Virus record (IMG/VR): IMGVR_UViG_3300025324_000011
Location: 32,985 to 96,984 of that record
Direction: 5' to 3' (one strand)
DNA from: a virus
Length of the DNA: 64,000 nucleotides
In this document: piece by piece, positions 1-9,374 of the stretch
How the letters are laid out: each line of letters begins with the position of its first letter
How positions within the stretch are numbered: the stretch's first letter is position 1
The notes under the pieces: model-generated
What the model saw: only the letters and a program-made list of their open reading frames with translations
Databases searched by the model: none
Told to the model about the DNA's origin: nothing
Made by a program: the position numbers and the translations under genes

Positions 1-47
1 AATATTCCGCGAGAATTGCGCGTCCCGACGCATTAGCCGTCACGCAC

Positions 48-266
48 ATGGATCGCCGCCCATCCAATAAAGTTGCGATTGAATACAATGGCGGATTACC
101 GAGGTATAAGGATGAACCGCATTTGATCCGGGCAATGAATCAATCGCTCGGCGTTGAAATCGAATATCAATTCTTCGGCCCTACCGCCTCATACGGCAGG
201 GCATTGCGAGACGAGAGAAGGCGCCGCCTTGATTACGCTGGACAAGCGATCCATTCAAACGCTTGA
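48..266 (+). CDS. hypothetical protein, probably 5'-truncated by window edge
   Basis: Frame is open back to position 3; ends at the first composite promoter. Confidence 0.4.
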   Translation: MDRRPSNKVAIEYNGGLPRYKDEPHLIRAMNQSLGVEIEYQFFGPTASYGRALRDERRRRLDYAGQAIHSNA

Positions 267-379
267 ATTCAATCCCGTGGATTTTGTCCAACTAATTGAA
301 CCGAGAAGCTCTAGACATAGCGCTTGGCGCGACGTAGGCCACTATATCTAGTGTTGGCGCTGTTGGCACGGTGTCTGCA
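254..379 (+). promoter_or_regulatory. composite promoter copy 1: palindrome pair + tandem NrdR-like boxes + sigma54 -24/-12
   Basis: TTCAAACGCTTGAA 254-267; TCCAACTAATTGAA 287-300; GCTCTAGACATAGCGC 308-323; CCACTATATCTAGTGT 339-354; TGGCACGGTGTCTGCA with GG at 365-366 and GC at 377-378. Confidence 0.8.
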
Positions 380-484
380 AGAGATATGGAGTGCGAGGCC
401 ACACCATGAACACGCTTCTCCAAGGCACAGAGAGCGCGCGAGAGCGGCGATCAGCTCGCAGTTGCGTTCGGCTGGAAGTATGCC

Positions 485-529
485 TGAGCCCTGCGGGTAG
501 GGGACCCGGTCCCCTGCCCGGAGCACTCA
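485..529 (+). other. 45-nt interrupted hairpin (TGAGCCC...GAGCACTCA), member of a repeated family
   Basis: Inner stem CGGGTAGGGGA/TCCCCTGCCCG; same ends and length as 23677-23721. Confidence 0.55.
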
Positions 530-566
530 AGCGCAAGAGCAGGACGCACGAAGAGGAGACCGGACA

Positions 567-776
567 ATGACATATCAAATCACGCGGCACAGCGGGACAA
601 GAAAATTCACCTGGGCGTGGTGCAACACACTGGAGGAAGCTGTCAGAATTGCAAATTCTGTCAGCATAAAAATTGTAGGAGAGCTGACCATCGTCGACTG
701 CAACACGGGCAAAAGATTCACGATTGCTCAAGCGATTGCTCAAGCGCAGGCCCGGAAAGAGCAGCTCGGAGCCTAG
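567..776 (+). CDS. small hypothetical early protein
   Basis: GAGGAG RBS upstream, 69 aa. Confidence 0.7.
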   Translation: MTYQITRHSGTRKFTWAWCNTLEEAVRIANSVSIKIVGELTIVDCNTGKRFTIAQAIAQAQARKEQLGA

Positions 777-1050
777 AACGACAAACCACAAGGATACTCA
801 ACTACTTTGCCAGTAATCCTACAGGGCACACCACCGCTCTAGGACCAGTAGTGCAAAGACTGTTGCTCAACACCGACGGACAAGTGTTACTCATGGGTAC
901 ACTGTACGAGATCAAAACCGAGCATATTGGGGCAGGTGTTTACAAGTTATCACTTAGACCTTGGAAATAATAGGTCCAATGTCACTGCTGATCGTGGCGA
1001 TAACCTACATCTCGGTCTGTCGAACGACAAACCACAAGGAGGAAGGTACC

Positions 1051-1248
1051 ATGAAAATCCATCCGTTGAAATCTGCAGACAAGGCATACAACTGTGGGAT
1101 TATCGACGAGCGCGAGGGTGAAGGCTTCTATCTCTACAAAATCTCTGCCGCGCACGAAGCAGAGTACGAAGCAGGACGTGAAGAAGAGCGAGAGAGGCGG
1201 GAGTACGAACGTAGGGGCAGAGTTATAGGCAGAATGTACAGACACTAG
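1051..1248 (+). CDS. small hypothetical early protein
   Basis: AAGGAGG RBS before ATG 1051. Confidence 0.7.
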   Translation: MKIHPLKSADKAYNCGIIDEREGEGFYLYKISAAHEAEYEAGREEERERREYERRGRVIGRMYRH

Positions 1249-1283
1249 GTTGACAAAGCAAACTGAGAAAAGGAGAACGACAA

Positions 1284-1460
1284 ATGATTGTCCGCTCGAA
1301 CCCAAGAAAGCACAAAGAAGGCTATGCAGTAGATCTATATAACGGCCAGTCGAAAGAGATCCGTCTAGCAACAGTGTACGGAGCCACAGTCGCAGAAGCT
1401 GTGAACCGTTCTAGGTGGATCATGAGATCGCTTGAGATACTTCTAGAGAGAGGATTTTGA
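1284..1460 (+). CDS. small hypothetical protein (58 aa, below ORF-track cutoff)
   Basis: AAGGAG RBS; MIVRSNPRKHKEGYAVDLY... Confidence 0.6.
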   Translation: MIVRSNPRKHKEGYAVDLYNGQSKEIRLATVYGATVAEAVNRSRWIMRSLEILLERGF

Positions 1461-1524
1461 CAACGGTTAGTAAAGTAGCCCAGCAAGATATCACACTGAA
1501 TCAGACGCAAAAAGGAGAAACGAA

Positions 1525-1770
1525 ATGTTGACCAGATACGATATCGTCGAAGAGGTCGAAGACAGCTCTCCACGCGAATGGAGAGTGCTAAGCAGAGACG
1601 AGACCGCACTACAGGCAGTGAAAACTCTAAGAGCTTTACGAAACATGAGTCCGTTAGCAAGGTTAGCTCGACGTGAGGCGTATGAGGCAGAGAAAGAGCA
1701 GGGCGTGTGCGATCGATTTGGTTACAGGTACTTTACGTCACTCGATCTCAATCGAGGTCTACGGCAGTGA
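1525..1770 (+). CDS. small hypothetical protein
   Basis: AAGGAG RBS; stop overlaps next start. Confidence 0.7.
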   Translation: MLTRYDIVEEVEDSSPREWRVLSRDETALQAVKTLRALRNMSPLARLARREAYEAEKEQGVCDRFGYRYFTSLDLNRGLRQ

Positions 1771-2240
1771 TGGACACCAGTGACCGTCGCCGAATGATCC
1801 ACTCCGGAGTCTGTCCTGCCTGTGGTGGCGACCTATCCGTCCGGGTACCTCGTAAGGTCAAGGTCTGTGCTCGGCATGGCGCCTGCGGCCGGCTATGGGG
1901 CCTCGACGGAGACGAGATCATACAGGACGAGCATCCAATCGAAGCGCCCGCAGGATTCGAGGCAGCACGCTGGTACTGCGCCGCGCAGGAACAGGCCCTG
2001 CTCGCCGATCCGGCCGGTCGGGAAGCTCGGAACGAATCCCGGCGGCGGCCGGACGCGCCGGCCTGGACGGCCTGCCCGGTCTGCTCTTACCCTCACCCGG
2101 GAGACCGCTGTGATAACCCCGGTTGCGTCGCCTCCGGCAACGTCCCGCCCGAGATCCAGGCCCGCCGGGAACGCGAAGCCGCGGAAGCGGCAGAGCGGGA
2201 GCGTTTTGCTCGCATTCGCTACGGGAAGGTGCTTTCATGA
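1770..2240 (+). CDS. Zn-finger hypothetical protein
   Basis: CPACGG, CPVC and CDNPGC motifs; TGATG coupling. Confidence 0.6.
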   Translation: MDTSDRRRMIHSGVCPACGGDLSVRVPRKVKVCARHGACGRLWGLDGDEIIQDEHPIEAPAGFEAARWYCAAQEQALLADPAGREARNESRRRPDAPAWTACPVCSYPHPGDRCDNPGCVASGNVPPEIQARREREAAEAAERERFARIRYGKVLS

Positions 2241-2358
2241 GACATCCCGTCTACGGACACCTCCACACTATCGCTGCCCGGCGTCCAGAGCGATTGTCCA
2301 GAAGTTTGAGAAAATCAACAAACGGCCGGCGTGCGGGCCGACAAGGGAGGAACTCAAA

Positions 2359-2586
2359 ATGGTCACTTTGAAAGCATTGAGACAGAGAGCAGAAGGACTA
2401 GCCCGCCACCGCGGGCACTCCTTGGCATGGGAGACACCATGGCAGGATGGTGAGCGCCAGTGTCAGAACGCCATCTGCTGGCACGGCAAATGCTTTGCCG
2501 AGGTGCAAATCATCACACGACCTTTGCCGAACGAGGCCGATGTTGGCGGATCCGGCGTCGCTGGGCCTTGTCCCTGTCGAGAGTGA
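2359..2586 (+). CDS. small Cys/His-rich hypothetical protein
   Basis: GGAGG RBS before ATG 2359. Confidence 0.6.
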   Translation: MVTLKALRQRAEGLARHRGHSLAWETPWQDGERQCQNAICWHGKCFAEVQIITRPLPNEADVGGSGVAGPCPCRE

Positions 2587-2643
2587 GACGCAATACGGGC
2601 CAGGATGTTCCCCTAGCGGGGAGAGTACGGCGGGATTGGCGAC

Positions 2644-2672
2644 TTGACGGCATGCCCGTCATGCTGTAAGGT
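2644..2672 (+). promoter_or_regulatory. sigma70-like promoter for the replication module
   Basis: TTGACG-17-TAAGGT, overlapping the imperfect palindrome TGACGGCATGCCCGTCA. Confidence 0.5.
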
Positions 2673-2711
2673 AGCGGGAAATGGGATTCACCGCAAAAAA
2701 GGAGGAGAACG

Positions 2712-4079
2712 ATGGCGACCGAATACGATGGTGCCAAACGGGTAGATGCGCAGCGCTATCCTTGGGAGGAATTTTCGCGCGTCAAGATTGACGCTGCGCG
2801 CTCCTGTCGATGGACAGGGGCGCAGGAAGACCCGGCGGTTTGGCGAAAATTCCTCGAGAGTCTCGTTGTCTCGGGGCAGATCCAGCCATGCGTTATGGCG
2901 AAGGTCCCCCCGAACAAGGAAATCCATCTTCTTGTCGGATCTCGCCGCTTCCTGGGGATCAAGGAAATCAATGAAAATCTGCCTGAGTGGCAGGCTTGGA
3001 TTGAGTCCAAGATCGAGGAAATTGCGAATCGCCTAGTCGCCGACACCACGCTCTCAGAGGCGCTCGCCGACGAATTGCATTCCTTGAAGCGTGTCTACGA
3101 GGACGCACGCAAGCGCATAGAAGTCCCGATGTCGCTCATCTTCATGTCGCGGCAGGTTAGGTCTCGGGAGGAGGCTGACCGTATTGCCTTGGAGGAAAAT
3201 GACAACAGGCTGGATATGTCGCCGATGGACCGTGCGAACTTCGCCTACACGAAAAAGCAGAGAGGGGAAACCAATCGCGAGATCGCCGTGGCGATGAAGC
3301 TCAAATCGGCAACCGCTGTCAAGAATCTTCTAGAATATATCAGTCTCATACCCGAGGCTCAGGAACTGCTTCATCAAGGGCATCTCACTGAGGCCCTAGC
3401 GGGAAGAATGAGGCGATTGCCAGCGGAGAGGCAACTAGAATTCTGTCTCGCCGCCAAGGAAGGCAAAAAGCCTTCGGAGCTTCTCAGACAAGCCAATTCT
3501 GAATCCCGCCTAGGTGGCGAACAGGTACTCCGTTCCGCCGCAGAGTTGCGTCAGAAACTCGCTGAAATCCGCAGTAAGGACGGAGACTTGATCGTAAAAA
3601 CCATTGCGGCTTGGCTACTGGAGTGGGTAAACGGGAATCCAGATGCCCCGGATCTGGAGACGATCTTCGCTGCCGACACTCTACCCGAGCCGCCGAAGCC
3701 TCCCGAGCCGAAACCGCCAAAGAGCCCAGGGGTTCCGAAGCCACCGAAGGTTCAAAAACCGAAGAAGGAAAAGAAAGCGAAAAAAGCTACTAGCGGTAAG
3801 CGGGGGCGCCCTCCCGGATCGAAGAACAAGAAACCGGCGCAGGCGGCATTACCGCTCCCCATGGATCCCGACGCCGACGCGCAGGAAGAATACGCTGACG
3901 ATGTCCCGGCAATTGAGCGCGCGGAAGACATCGAGGTTCTGGAAGCCGAAGACGATACGCGCATGATCAGCGCCAGGGGGCTCCTCGACCCCGACGCAGG
4001 GTATGCCGATCCCTTCGAGGATCGGTCAATCATGGAAGCATTCGGGGATTCTGCCGTAGCCCGCGAGTGGCAGTGCTGA
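2712..4079 (+). CDS. ParB/Spo0J-like protein with Pro/Lys-rich, AT-hook-like and acidic C-terminal tail
   Basis: GQIQP, LLVGSRR (GxRR motif), ALEENDNRLDMSPMDRA then an HTH; KRGRPPGSKNKK near the C-terminus. Confidence 0.85.
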   Translation: MATEYDGAKRVDAQRYPWEEFSRVKIDAARSCRWTGAQEDPAVWRKFLESLVVSGQIQPCVMAKVPPNKEIHLLVGSRRFLGIKEINENLPEWQAWIESKIEEIANRLVADTTLSEALADELHSLKRVYEDARKRIEVPMSLIFMSRQVRSREEADRIALEENDNRLDMSPMDRANFAYTKKQRGETNREIAVAMKLKSATAVKNLLEYISLIPEAQELLHQGHLTEALAGRMRRLPAERQLEFCLAAKEGKKPSELLRQANSESRLGGEQVLRSAAELRQKLAEIRSKDGDLIVKTIAAWLLEWVNGNPDAPDLETIFAADTLPEPPKPPEPKPPKSPGVPKPPKVQKPKKEKKAKKATSGKRGRPPGSKNKKPAQAALPLPMDPDADAQEEYADDVPAIERAEDIEVLEAEDDTRMISARGLLDPDAGYADPFEDRSIMEAFGDSAVAREWQC

Positions 4080-4258
4080 AAAGCGCGACCGCGGGTCAGG
4101 GGAAAGGGGGTGGTCAAGCAGCCGCCGTCAGCGACTTGGGCAAAGATCAGCGAGGCTGCAAAGGTGGAAAACGTGACGGGATCGCCGCATCGCAAAGAGA
4201 TGAATGACGGCTGCGACGATCAACTATGCTGGACATCCAGTGAGCGAAGAGGTGAGCA

Positions 4259-4612
4259 TTGACTATTCGCGAATTTATCTTGCATAAGGTGGTACGCATC
4301 TATAGTGCGGAGAAGGGTTGGTGGGGAGGCGTGCTACTGGCTGGAAATCAAGAGGAGCAAGCGGCGAAGCTCGCCGCAGCAGGAATCAAGCCTCTCGGGA
4401 GGTGCTCCGAATGTCATACCACCTACGTGCGAGACGGAGGCGATGCATGCGATCGATGCAATCCGCCAGCTGGCCGCCATGTCATTGGCGGGAAAATCGT
4501 AGTTTGTGCTGACGGTTGCAAGGTTTGCGCCGCCGAATCCAGCACTAAGGGTAAGAGCGCACACGTTCTTCCGCTGCGGCGCGAAGGGAAAACGAAAAAT
4601 GAGAGAGGTTGA
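4259..4612 (+). CDS. Cys-rich hypothetical protein
   Basis: CxxC pairs; GAGGTG RBS before TTG. Confidence 0.55.
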   Translation: MTIREFILHKVVRIYSAEKGWWGGVLLAGNQEEQAAKLAAAGIKPLGRCSECHTTYVRDGGDACDRCNPPAGRHVIGGKIVVCADGCKVCAAESSTKGKSAHVLPLRREGKTKNERG

Positions 4613-5048
4613 AGCCATCAGTTCTCGCCGCTCTGGCCGGGATTGCCAAGAGTCCCATCCAAGTCCCGCAAGCGGTCCATCGTGGTGGTGTTGCTCTGGC
4701 GACTATCCGGAGCATGATGCGACGTGCCAGAACCGCAAGCCTGAGTCTCCAGCGAGGCGGATTGATCCAATGCGCCGCAAGAGATTAGCAACTGATTTGC
4801 CGAACGGCGTGCCGCCTTGGGCACCGCTGCGCAGGGTTATTCGGCTTTCAGGTGGCCGCACGCCAGAGGCGGAGGCGGAGGCGCGGGATATCCTTATAGC
4901 CTGGGGACGGTCTCGCAATCTCAAAATGGGATCGCTCGAATCATTCGTCTTCCCGACTAAGCACGGGGGGCGTCGGATGCGAATCAATGGCGGGCGCGTC
5001 TATCTTGGGCCGGTGAATTGCACGGACTGGTACGCCGATTTCTCGTGA
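4599..5048 (+). CDS. hypothetical protein
   Basis: Overlap-coupled to both neighbours. Confidence 0.5.
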   Translation: MREVEAISSRRSGRDCQESHPSPASGPSWWCCSGDYPEHDATCQNRKPESPARRIDPMRRKRLATDLPNGVPPWAPLRRVIRLSGGRTPEAEAEARDILIAWGRSRNLKMGSLESFVFPTKHGGRRMRINGGRVYLGPVNCTDWYADFS

Positions 5049-5416
5049 TATATCTAGCGATTCCGATCAAACACAACAACCCCGAGATTGAAGGCGCGCG
5101 CATCGAATGTGCCAACCGAATCGCTGCGTTGTTTCATGATCGTGGAATTCCAGTGTTCTCGCCAGCCTCACATGGTGGCGCCTTCGCGCGTCACGGATCA
5201 AATGGACGCGGGTGGGATTATTGGAAAAAAATAGATCTTCCGATCCTTACTCTATGCTGCTCTAAAATGCTGATCGTCAAGATCCCGGGATGGCAAGAAT
5301 CGAGAGGAATCCAGGTCGAGAGAGCTGCTGCTATGGAAGTTGGAATTCCGATCGTTGAGATCATGCCGCATTATAAATTTATGCCTGAATTGATACGACA
5401 GCAGCTTGCATCCTGA
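5045..5416 (+). CDS. DUF1937 / nucleoside 2-deoxyribosyltransferase-like protein
   Basis: IYLAIP...VFSPASHG...YWKKIDLPIL...PGWQESRGIQVE motif set. Confidence 0.75.
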   Translation: MIYLAIPIKHNNPEIEGARIECANRIAALFHDRGIPVFSPASHGGAFARHGSNGRGWDYWKKIDLPILTLCCSKMLIVKIPGWQESRGIQVERAAAMEVGIPIVEIMPHYKFMPELIRQQLAS

Positions 5417-5441
5417 CGGCTAATGTGATAGGTTGTCAAGC

Positions 5442-6548
5442 ATGCGGATAAGAGTCCACAGGCAATCGCTCCTCTCCTCCTTGCAAAAACTTTCCCATCT
5501 CACGAAGGGAAAAACGCTCCCGTTGTTGAAAGACGTTCTACTGTACGCAGAGGGCGGCGATCTAATCGTCGCCGCAACTGACCTGGAGTCAACGGCGCTT
5601 CATCGCCATGATGAGGCAGTAGAATCCCCGGGACAGCCGTTTGCAATCGACCGCGAACGACTCGCGCGTGCAGTCGATGCCATGGGTGGCGAGGAAGTCA
5701 TCGCCGAGGTCGGAGATGGTTTCCTTAACCTCGGAGAGGGAATGACGATCAGGTTCATTCCAGCCGACGCGCCCAACTTTCCGACGCTTCCGTCTTGGGA
5801 GCCCGGTAGTCCCATAGCACTTCCATTTTCTCCCGTGGTTGCCGCCCTATCGCGGGCCTACCTATTTGCCTCAAAAGAGGAATCTCGTTCCGAGATTGCC
5901 TCTATCCAATTGACGACAGAGAAGAAAAAGGTTTCAGTCAGCAGCACGAACGGCAGGCGCCTATGGTATGAGTCGCTGCCGATTGACGATGCTGAATCGA
6001 CAGAATTTCTGATTCCCTCCTTCGCCGCAAAGCTGATCGATTCTCTCCCGTCATCGAAGGAGCTACGCTTGGCGAGAAGCGATGCCAGCCCAGGGCACAT
6101 TTATGTCTGGAGCGACGATTCCGAAAGGCTCATGATCAGGGCGTGGGAAGGAACATTTCCAAACGTAGAAACAATACTGAAACAGCAACCGGAGGCATCC
6201 TCATCATTCATTGCAGAGTCGGGGAGTGATCTTGTCTCTGCGCTACGAAGAGCGGCGGTTGTATCGCAAAACGCAAACCTGATCTGCGACAAAGATGGCC
6301 TCATGGTCGCCGCGTTCGGTGATGACACGGGCTCCGTCAGCGTAGCCGTTAGCGGAGAGAGCGAGACTGAGTTTGATCTCTCTCTTCCGATCGCTCAGCT
6401 CATAGAGACCTGCTCAGCGCTAGACGCAGGGAACGGAAATATCATCCTCCAGCATGCTTCTCTCGTGGGCGGGGGCGGAGGACCGCTATTCTTGACTTGC
6501 TCGGCGCATCCCGAGCGGATCTCCCTGGTTATGCCGATGCGGCGATAG
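5442..6548 (+). CDS. dnaN: DNA polymerase III beta sliding clamp homolog
   Basis: ATDLE, NFPTLP, STNGRRL, GTFPNVE and C-terminal LVMPMR; about 370 aa. Confidence 0.9.
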   Translation: MRIRVHRQSLLSSLQKLSHLTKGKTLPLLKDVLLYAEGGDLIVAATDLESTALHRHDEAVESPGQPFAIDRERLARAVDAMGGEEVIAEVGDGFLNLGEGMTIRFIPADAPNFPTLPSWEPGSPIALPFSPVVAALSRAYLFASKEESRSEIASIQLTTEKKKVSVSSTNGRRLWYESLPIDDAESTEFLIPSFAAKLIDSLPSSKELRLARSDASPGHIYVWSDDSERLMIRAWEGTFPNVETILKQQPEASSSFIAESGSDLVSALRRAAVVSQNANLICDKDGLMVAAFGDDTGSVSVAVSGESETEFDLSLPIAQLIETCSALDAGNGNIILQHASLVGGGGGPLFLTCSAHPERISLVMPMRR

Positions 6549-6555
6549 AGCGCGC

Positions 6556-7956
6556 ATGGACTACGAAGACTTTATTGCCTCGAAGGCAGCATCGCGTCGC
6601 TTCGAGGGGATCGAATCTACAGATCTTCCGAGCGTAATGTTCCCATTTCAAAGAGACTTGACTAAATGGGCGTTGCGAAGAGGAAGAGCTGCCATATTCG
6701 CCGGTACCGGTCTCGGTAAATCACTCATGGAGCTCGCGTGGGCAAGGGAAATCTCCAAGCTTGGCCGCGTGATCCTGGTTGCTCCGCTGGCCGTCGCTGA
6801 GCAAATGATCGGAGAGTCCAATAAATTCGATATTCCAGCGACATATACGCGGCGTGGCGAAAGATGCAGATCCCCAATAACAATCACCAATTATGAGCTT
6901 CTGCGGCATTTTAATGCAGATGATTTCGTCGGCGTAATTCTAGACGAATCAGGGATCATGAAGGACTTCACCGGCGCGATGCGCAACCTTTTAATCGAGA
7001 TGTTCGCCGAGACTCCGTATCGTCTCGCTTGTACCGCAACGCCGGCGCCTAACGATTACACAGAGCTAGGGAATCACTCGGAATTCCTTGGAATTAAAAC
7101 TAGAACAGAAATGCTGGCTGAGTATTTCGTTCACGACGGAGAGACGACGCAAGAATGGCGACTCAAGCGTCACGCCGAAAATGATTTCTGGCGATGGGTT
7201 TGCTCATGGGGAGCAATGATATCGCAGCCCTCTGATCTGGGATACGAGAATGAAGGCTTTGATCTCCCGCCGCTAAGAATGCACGATGTACGGGTTGACG
7301 TCGGAGATTCTGATTTCATGGCCGAGGGTTATCTTTTCCCGCCGGCCGCGCGAACGCTGAGCGATCAGCGAACGACGCGCAGGGCAACAAGAAATCAGAG
7401 GATCGGAGCGGCCGAAAAGATCCTGCTGAATCATCCGTCGAAGCCCGCAGTAGTTTGGTGCGAATTGAATACCGAGCAAGACGAAATGTCCGAGGCTCTT
7501 GGTTCTCGGGCGGTTTCAATCTACGGCTCTATGACCCCGGAGGAAAAGGTATCACTCCATCAAGAGTGGATCCGCGGATCGGTTCCATTCCTTGTCACAA
7601 AGGGATCGATCTTTGGGCATGGGATGAATTGGCAGCATTGTGCGCGCCAAGTGTTCCTGGGCTCCAGTCATTCCTTCGAGATGATCTATCAGTCTATCCG
7701 CAGGTGTTGGCGATTCGGACAGACAAGTCCAGTTGATATTTATATGATCTCGGCGGCCACGGAATCTGCAATCGTCGCAAATTATAGGCGCAAGGAAGCT
7801 GATTTCGCGCGAATGACGGGAGCGATGATCGAACATATGCGGGACACGATGCGCGCCGAGATCTCCTCGGCTCCGCGAGAGTGGAATGATTATACCGCCG
7901 AGGTTGATATGATCATCCCTGAATGGCTCAGGAGGGAAGAGTCGGCATGCGCGTAA
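6556..7956 (+). CDS. SF2 / SNF2-like helicase
   Basis: GTGLGKS (Walker A), ILDES, CTATP, QSIRRCWRFGQ. Confidence 0.9.
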   Translation: MDYEDFIASKAASRRFEGIESTDLPSVMFPFQRDLTKWALRRGRAAIFAGTGLGKSLMELAWAREISKLGRVILVAPLAVAEQMIGESNKFDIPATYTRRGERCRSPITITNYELLRHFNADDFVGVILDESGIMKDFTGAMRNLLIEMFAETPYRLACTATPAPNDYTELGNHSEFLGIKTRTEMLAEYFVHDGETTQEWRLKRHAENDFWRWVCSWGAMISQPSDLGYENEGFDLPPLRMHDVRVDVGDSDFMAEGYLFPPAARTLSDQRTTRRATRNQRIGAAEKILLNHPSKPAVVWCELNTEQDEMSEALGSRAVSIYGSMTPEEKVSLHQEWIRGSVPFLVTKGSIFGHGMNWQHCARQVFLGSSHSFEMIYQSIRRCWRFGQTSPVDIYMISAATESAIVANYRRKEADFARMTGAMIEHMRDTMRAEISSAPREWNDYTAEVDMIIPEWLRREESACA

Positions 7957-8951
7957 TCGATCAGGGGGGAGGCGCATCGTTCACAGCGTATCGCGGAGAT
8001 TGCGTTGAGATTGTGCGCGGAATACCAGATTGCTCAATAGATTATTCTATTTTCTCTCCGCCCTTCGCCTCATTGTACACTTATTCTGCGTCTCCGCGAG
8101 ATCTCGGTAACTGCAAGACGCATGAAGAATTCGCTGCGCACTTCAGGTATCTTATTCCTGAATTATTTCGCGTGACCAAGAACGGTAGACTCCTTTCATT
8201 CCATTGTATGGTATTGCCTACATCGAAGGTCAGAGACGGCGTTATCGGTCTTACCGATTTCCGCGGGAATCTCATAAGGGACTTCACTGAGTGCGGCTGG
8301 ATTCATCATTCAGAGGTAGTGATTTGGAAAGATCCCGTAACGGCCATGCAGCGGACAAAGGCTCTCGGATTGCTCCACAAGCAGATCGTGAAAGACAGCG
8401 CTATGGGTCGCCAGGGAATTCCAGACTATCTCATTACAATGAGAAAGCCCGGCGTCAACGAGGAGCCGATTCCTGAATGCTTCGATCGCTATTTTGGAGA
8501 AGATCCAGCGCCAACCGATCCCTATACCACGGATTTCCATACTCGCAACCCCTACTCAATCGCGGTGTGGCAACGTTACGCCTCTCCTGTGTGGATGGAC
8601 ATCAAGCCAAGCGATACCTTGCAATACAGGTCTGCTCGCGAGCATGCGGATGAACGGCACATAGCGCCCTTGCAGCTTACGGTTATACGGAGAGCCGTTG
8701 AGTTATGGACAAACCCCGGCGACGTAGTCCTTTCGCCGTTCTCTGGCATTGGCTCCGAGGGCGTTGTCTCGCTGGAAATGCAGCGCAGATTTATCGGAAT
8801 TGAATTGAAGAAATCATATTACGAGCAAGGGGTCAGGAATCTGCAAGCGGCAGAATCGCAACAAGGGTCGATGTTTCCAGATTCCGTTAGGGGCTACGCA
8901 GGCGAGATAGCCACTGATCTGGTGGATGACAAAGACGAGGGCGACGATTAA
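7947..8951 (+). CDS. DNA amino-methyltransferase (N4C/N6A, beta class)
   Basis: FSPPF catalytic motif precedes SPFSGIGS SAM-binding motif. Confidence 0.9.
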   Translation: MRVIDQGGGASFTAYRGDCVEIVRGIPDCSIDYSIFSPPFASLYTYSASPRDLGNCKTHEEFAAHFRYLIPELFRVTKNGRLLSFHCMVLPTSKVRDGVIGLTDFRGNLIRDFTECGWIHHSEVVIWKDPVTAMQRTKALGLLHKQIVKDSAMGRQGIPDYLITMRKPGVNEEPIPECFDRYFGEDPAPTDPYTTDFHTRNPYSIAVWQRYASPVWMDIKPSDTLQYRSAREHADERHIAPLQLTVIRRAVELWTNPGDVVLSPFSGIGSEGVVSLEMQRRFIGIELKKSYYEQGVRNLQAAESQQGSMFPDSVRGYAGEIATDLVDDKDEGDD

Positions 8952-9274
8952 GGCTGACCGTCCATACCGAACGCTTCGGCTATCAAGTGGCGAACGCAGG
9001 TTCCGATTGGGACGCCTCGTTGCGCTGCGGCCCTTGACAACTTATCGCTCAGGCTTTCCGAGATCTCGACTTGGATGCGCTTGGTTCCACGTGTCGGATC
9101 TGCCGGCAATCTCCTGTATGCCATCGGATCGTAAGATGGCCGGTGCTTCTTGACGATCGCGTGCGCAGTCTGACGCGAGCATTGAATGCCGCGTTTTTGC
9201 AGGCGCTTGGCAATACGCGATGCCACGACTTCGCCAGCATCAAACTCCTGCAATATATAGACCCGAAGGTTCAT
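8948..9274 (-). CDS. putative DNA-binding regulator (C-terminal ribbon-helix-helix-like)
   Basis: KRIQVEISESLSDKLSRAAAQRGVPIGTCVRHLI; divergent from a TTGACA-18-TAAGAT promoter at about 9323-9352. Confidence 0.6.
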   Translation of the reverse strand: MNLRVYILQEFDAGEVVASRIAKRLQKRGIQCSRQTAHAIVKKHRPSYDPMAYRRLPADPTRGTKRIQVEISESLSDKLSRAAAQRGVPIGTCVRHLIAEAFGMDGQP

Positions 9275-9374
9275 CGCATGGTAATCTTACAATAATGAGG
9301 ACAATAACGTCAACCCGAGAACTTGACAAGGTATACGGCAACGCGGTAAGATTCGAGACACGGGAGGAAACCAA

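Noticed and set aside
538-556. 18-bp match GCAGGACGCACGAAGAGG with about 21456-21473
   Set aside because: Both lie shortly downstream of composite promoters, but no third copy was seen; too little evidence to call an element.
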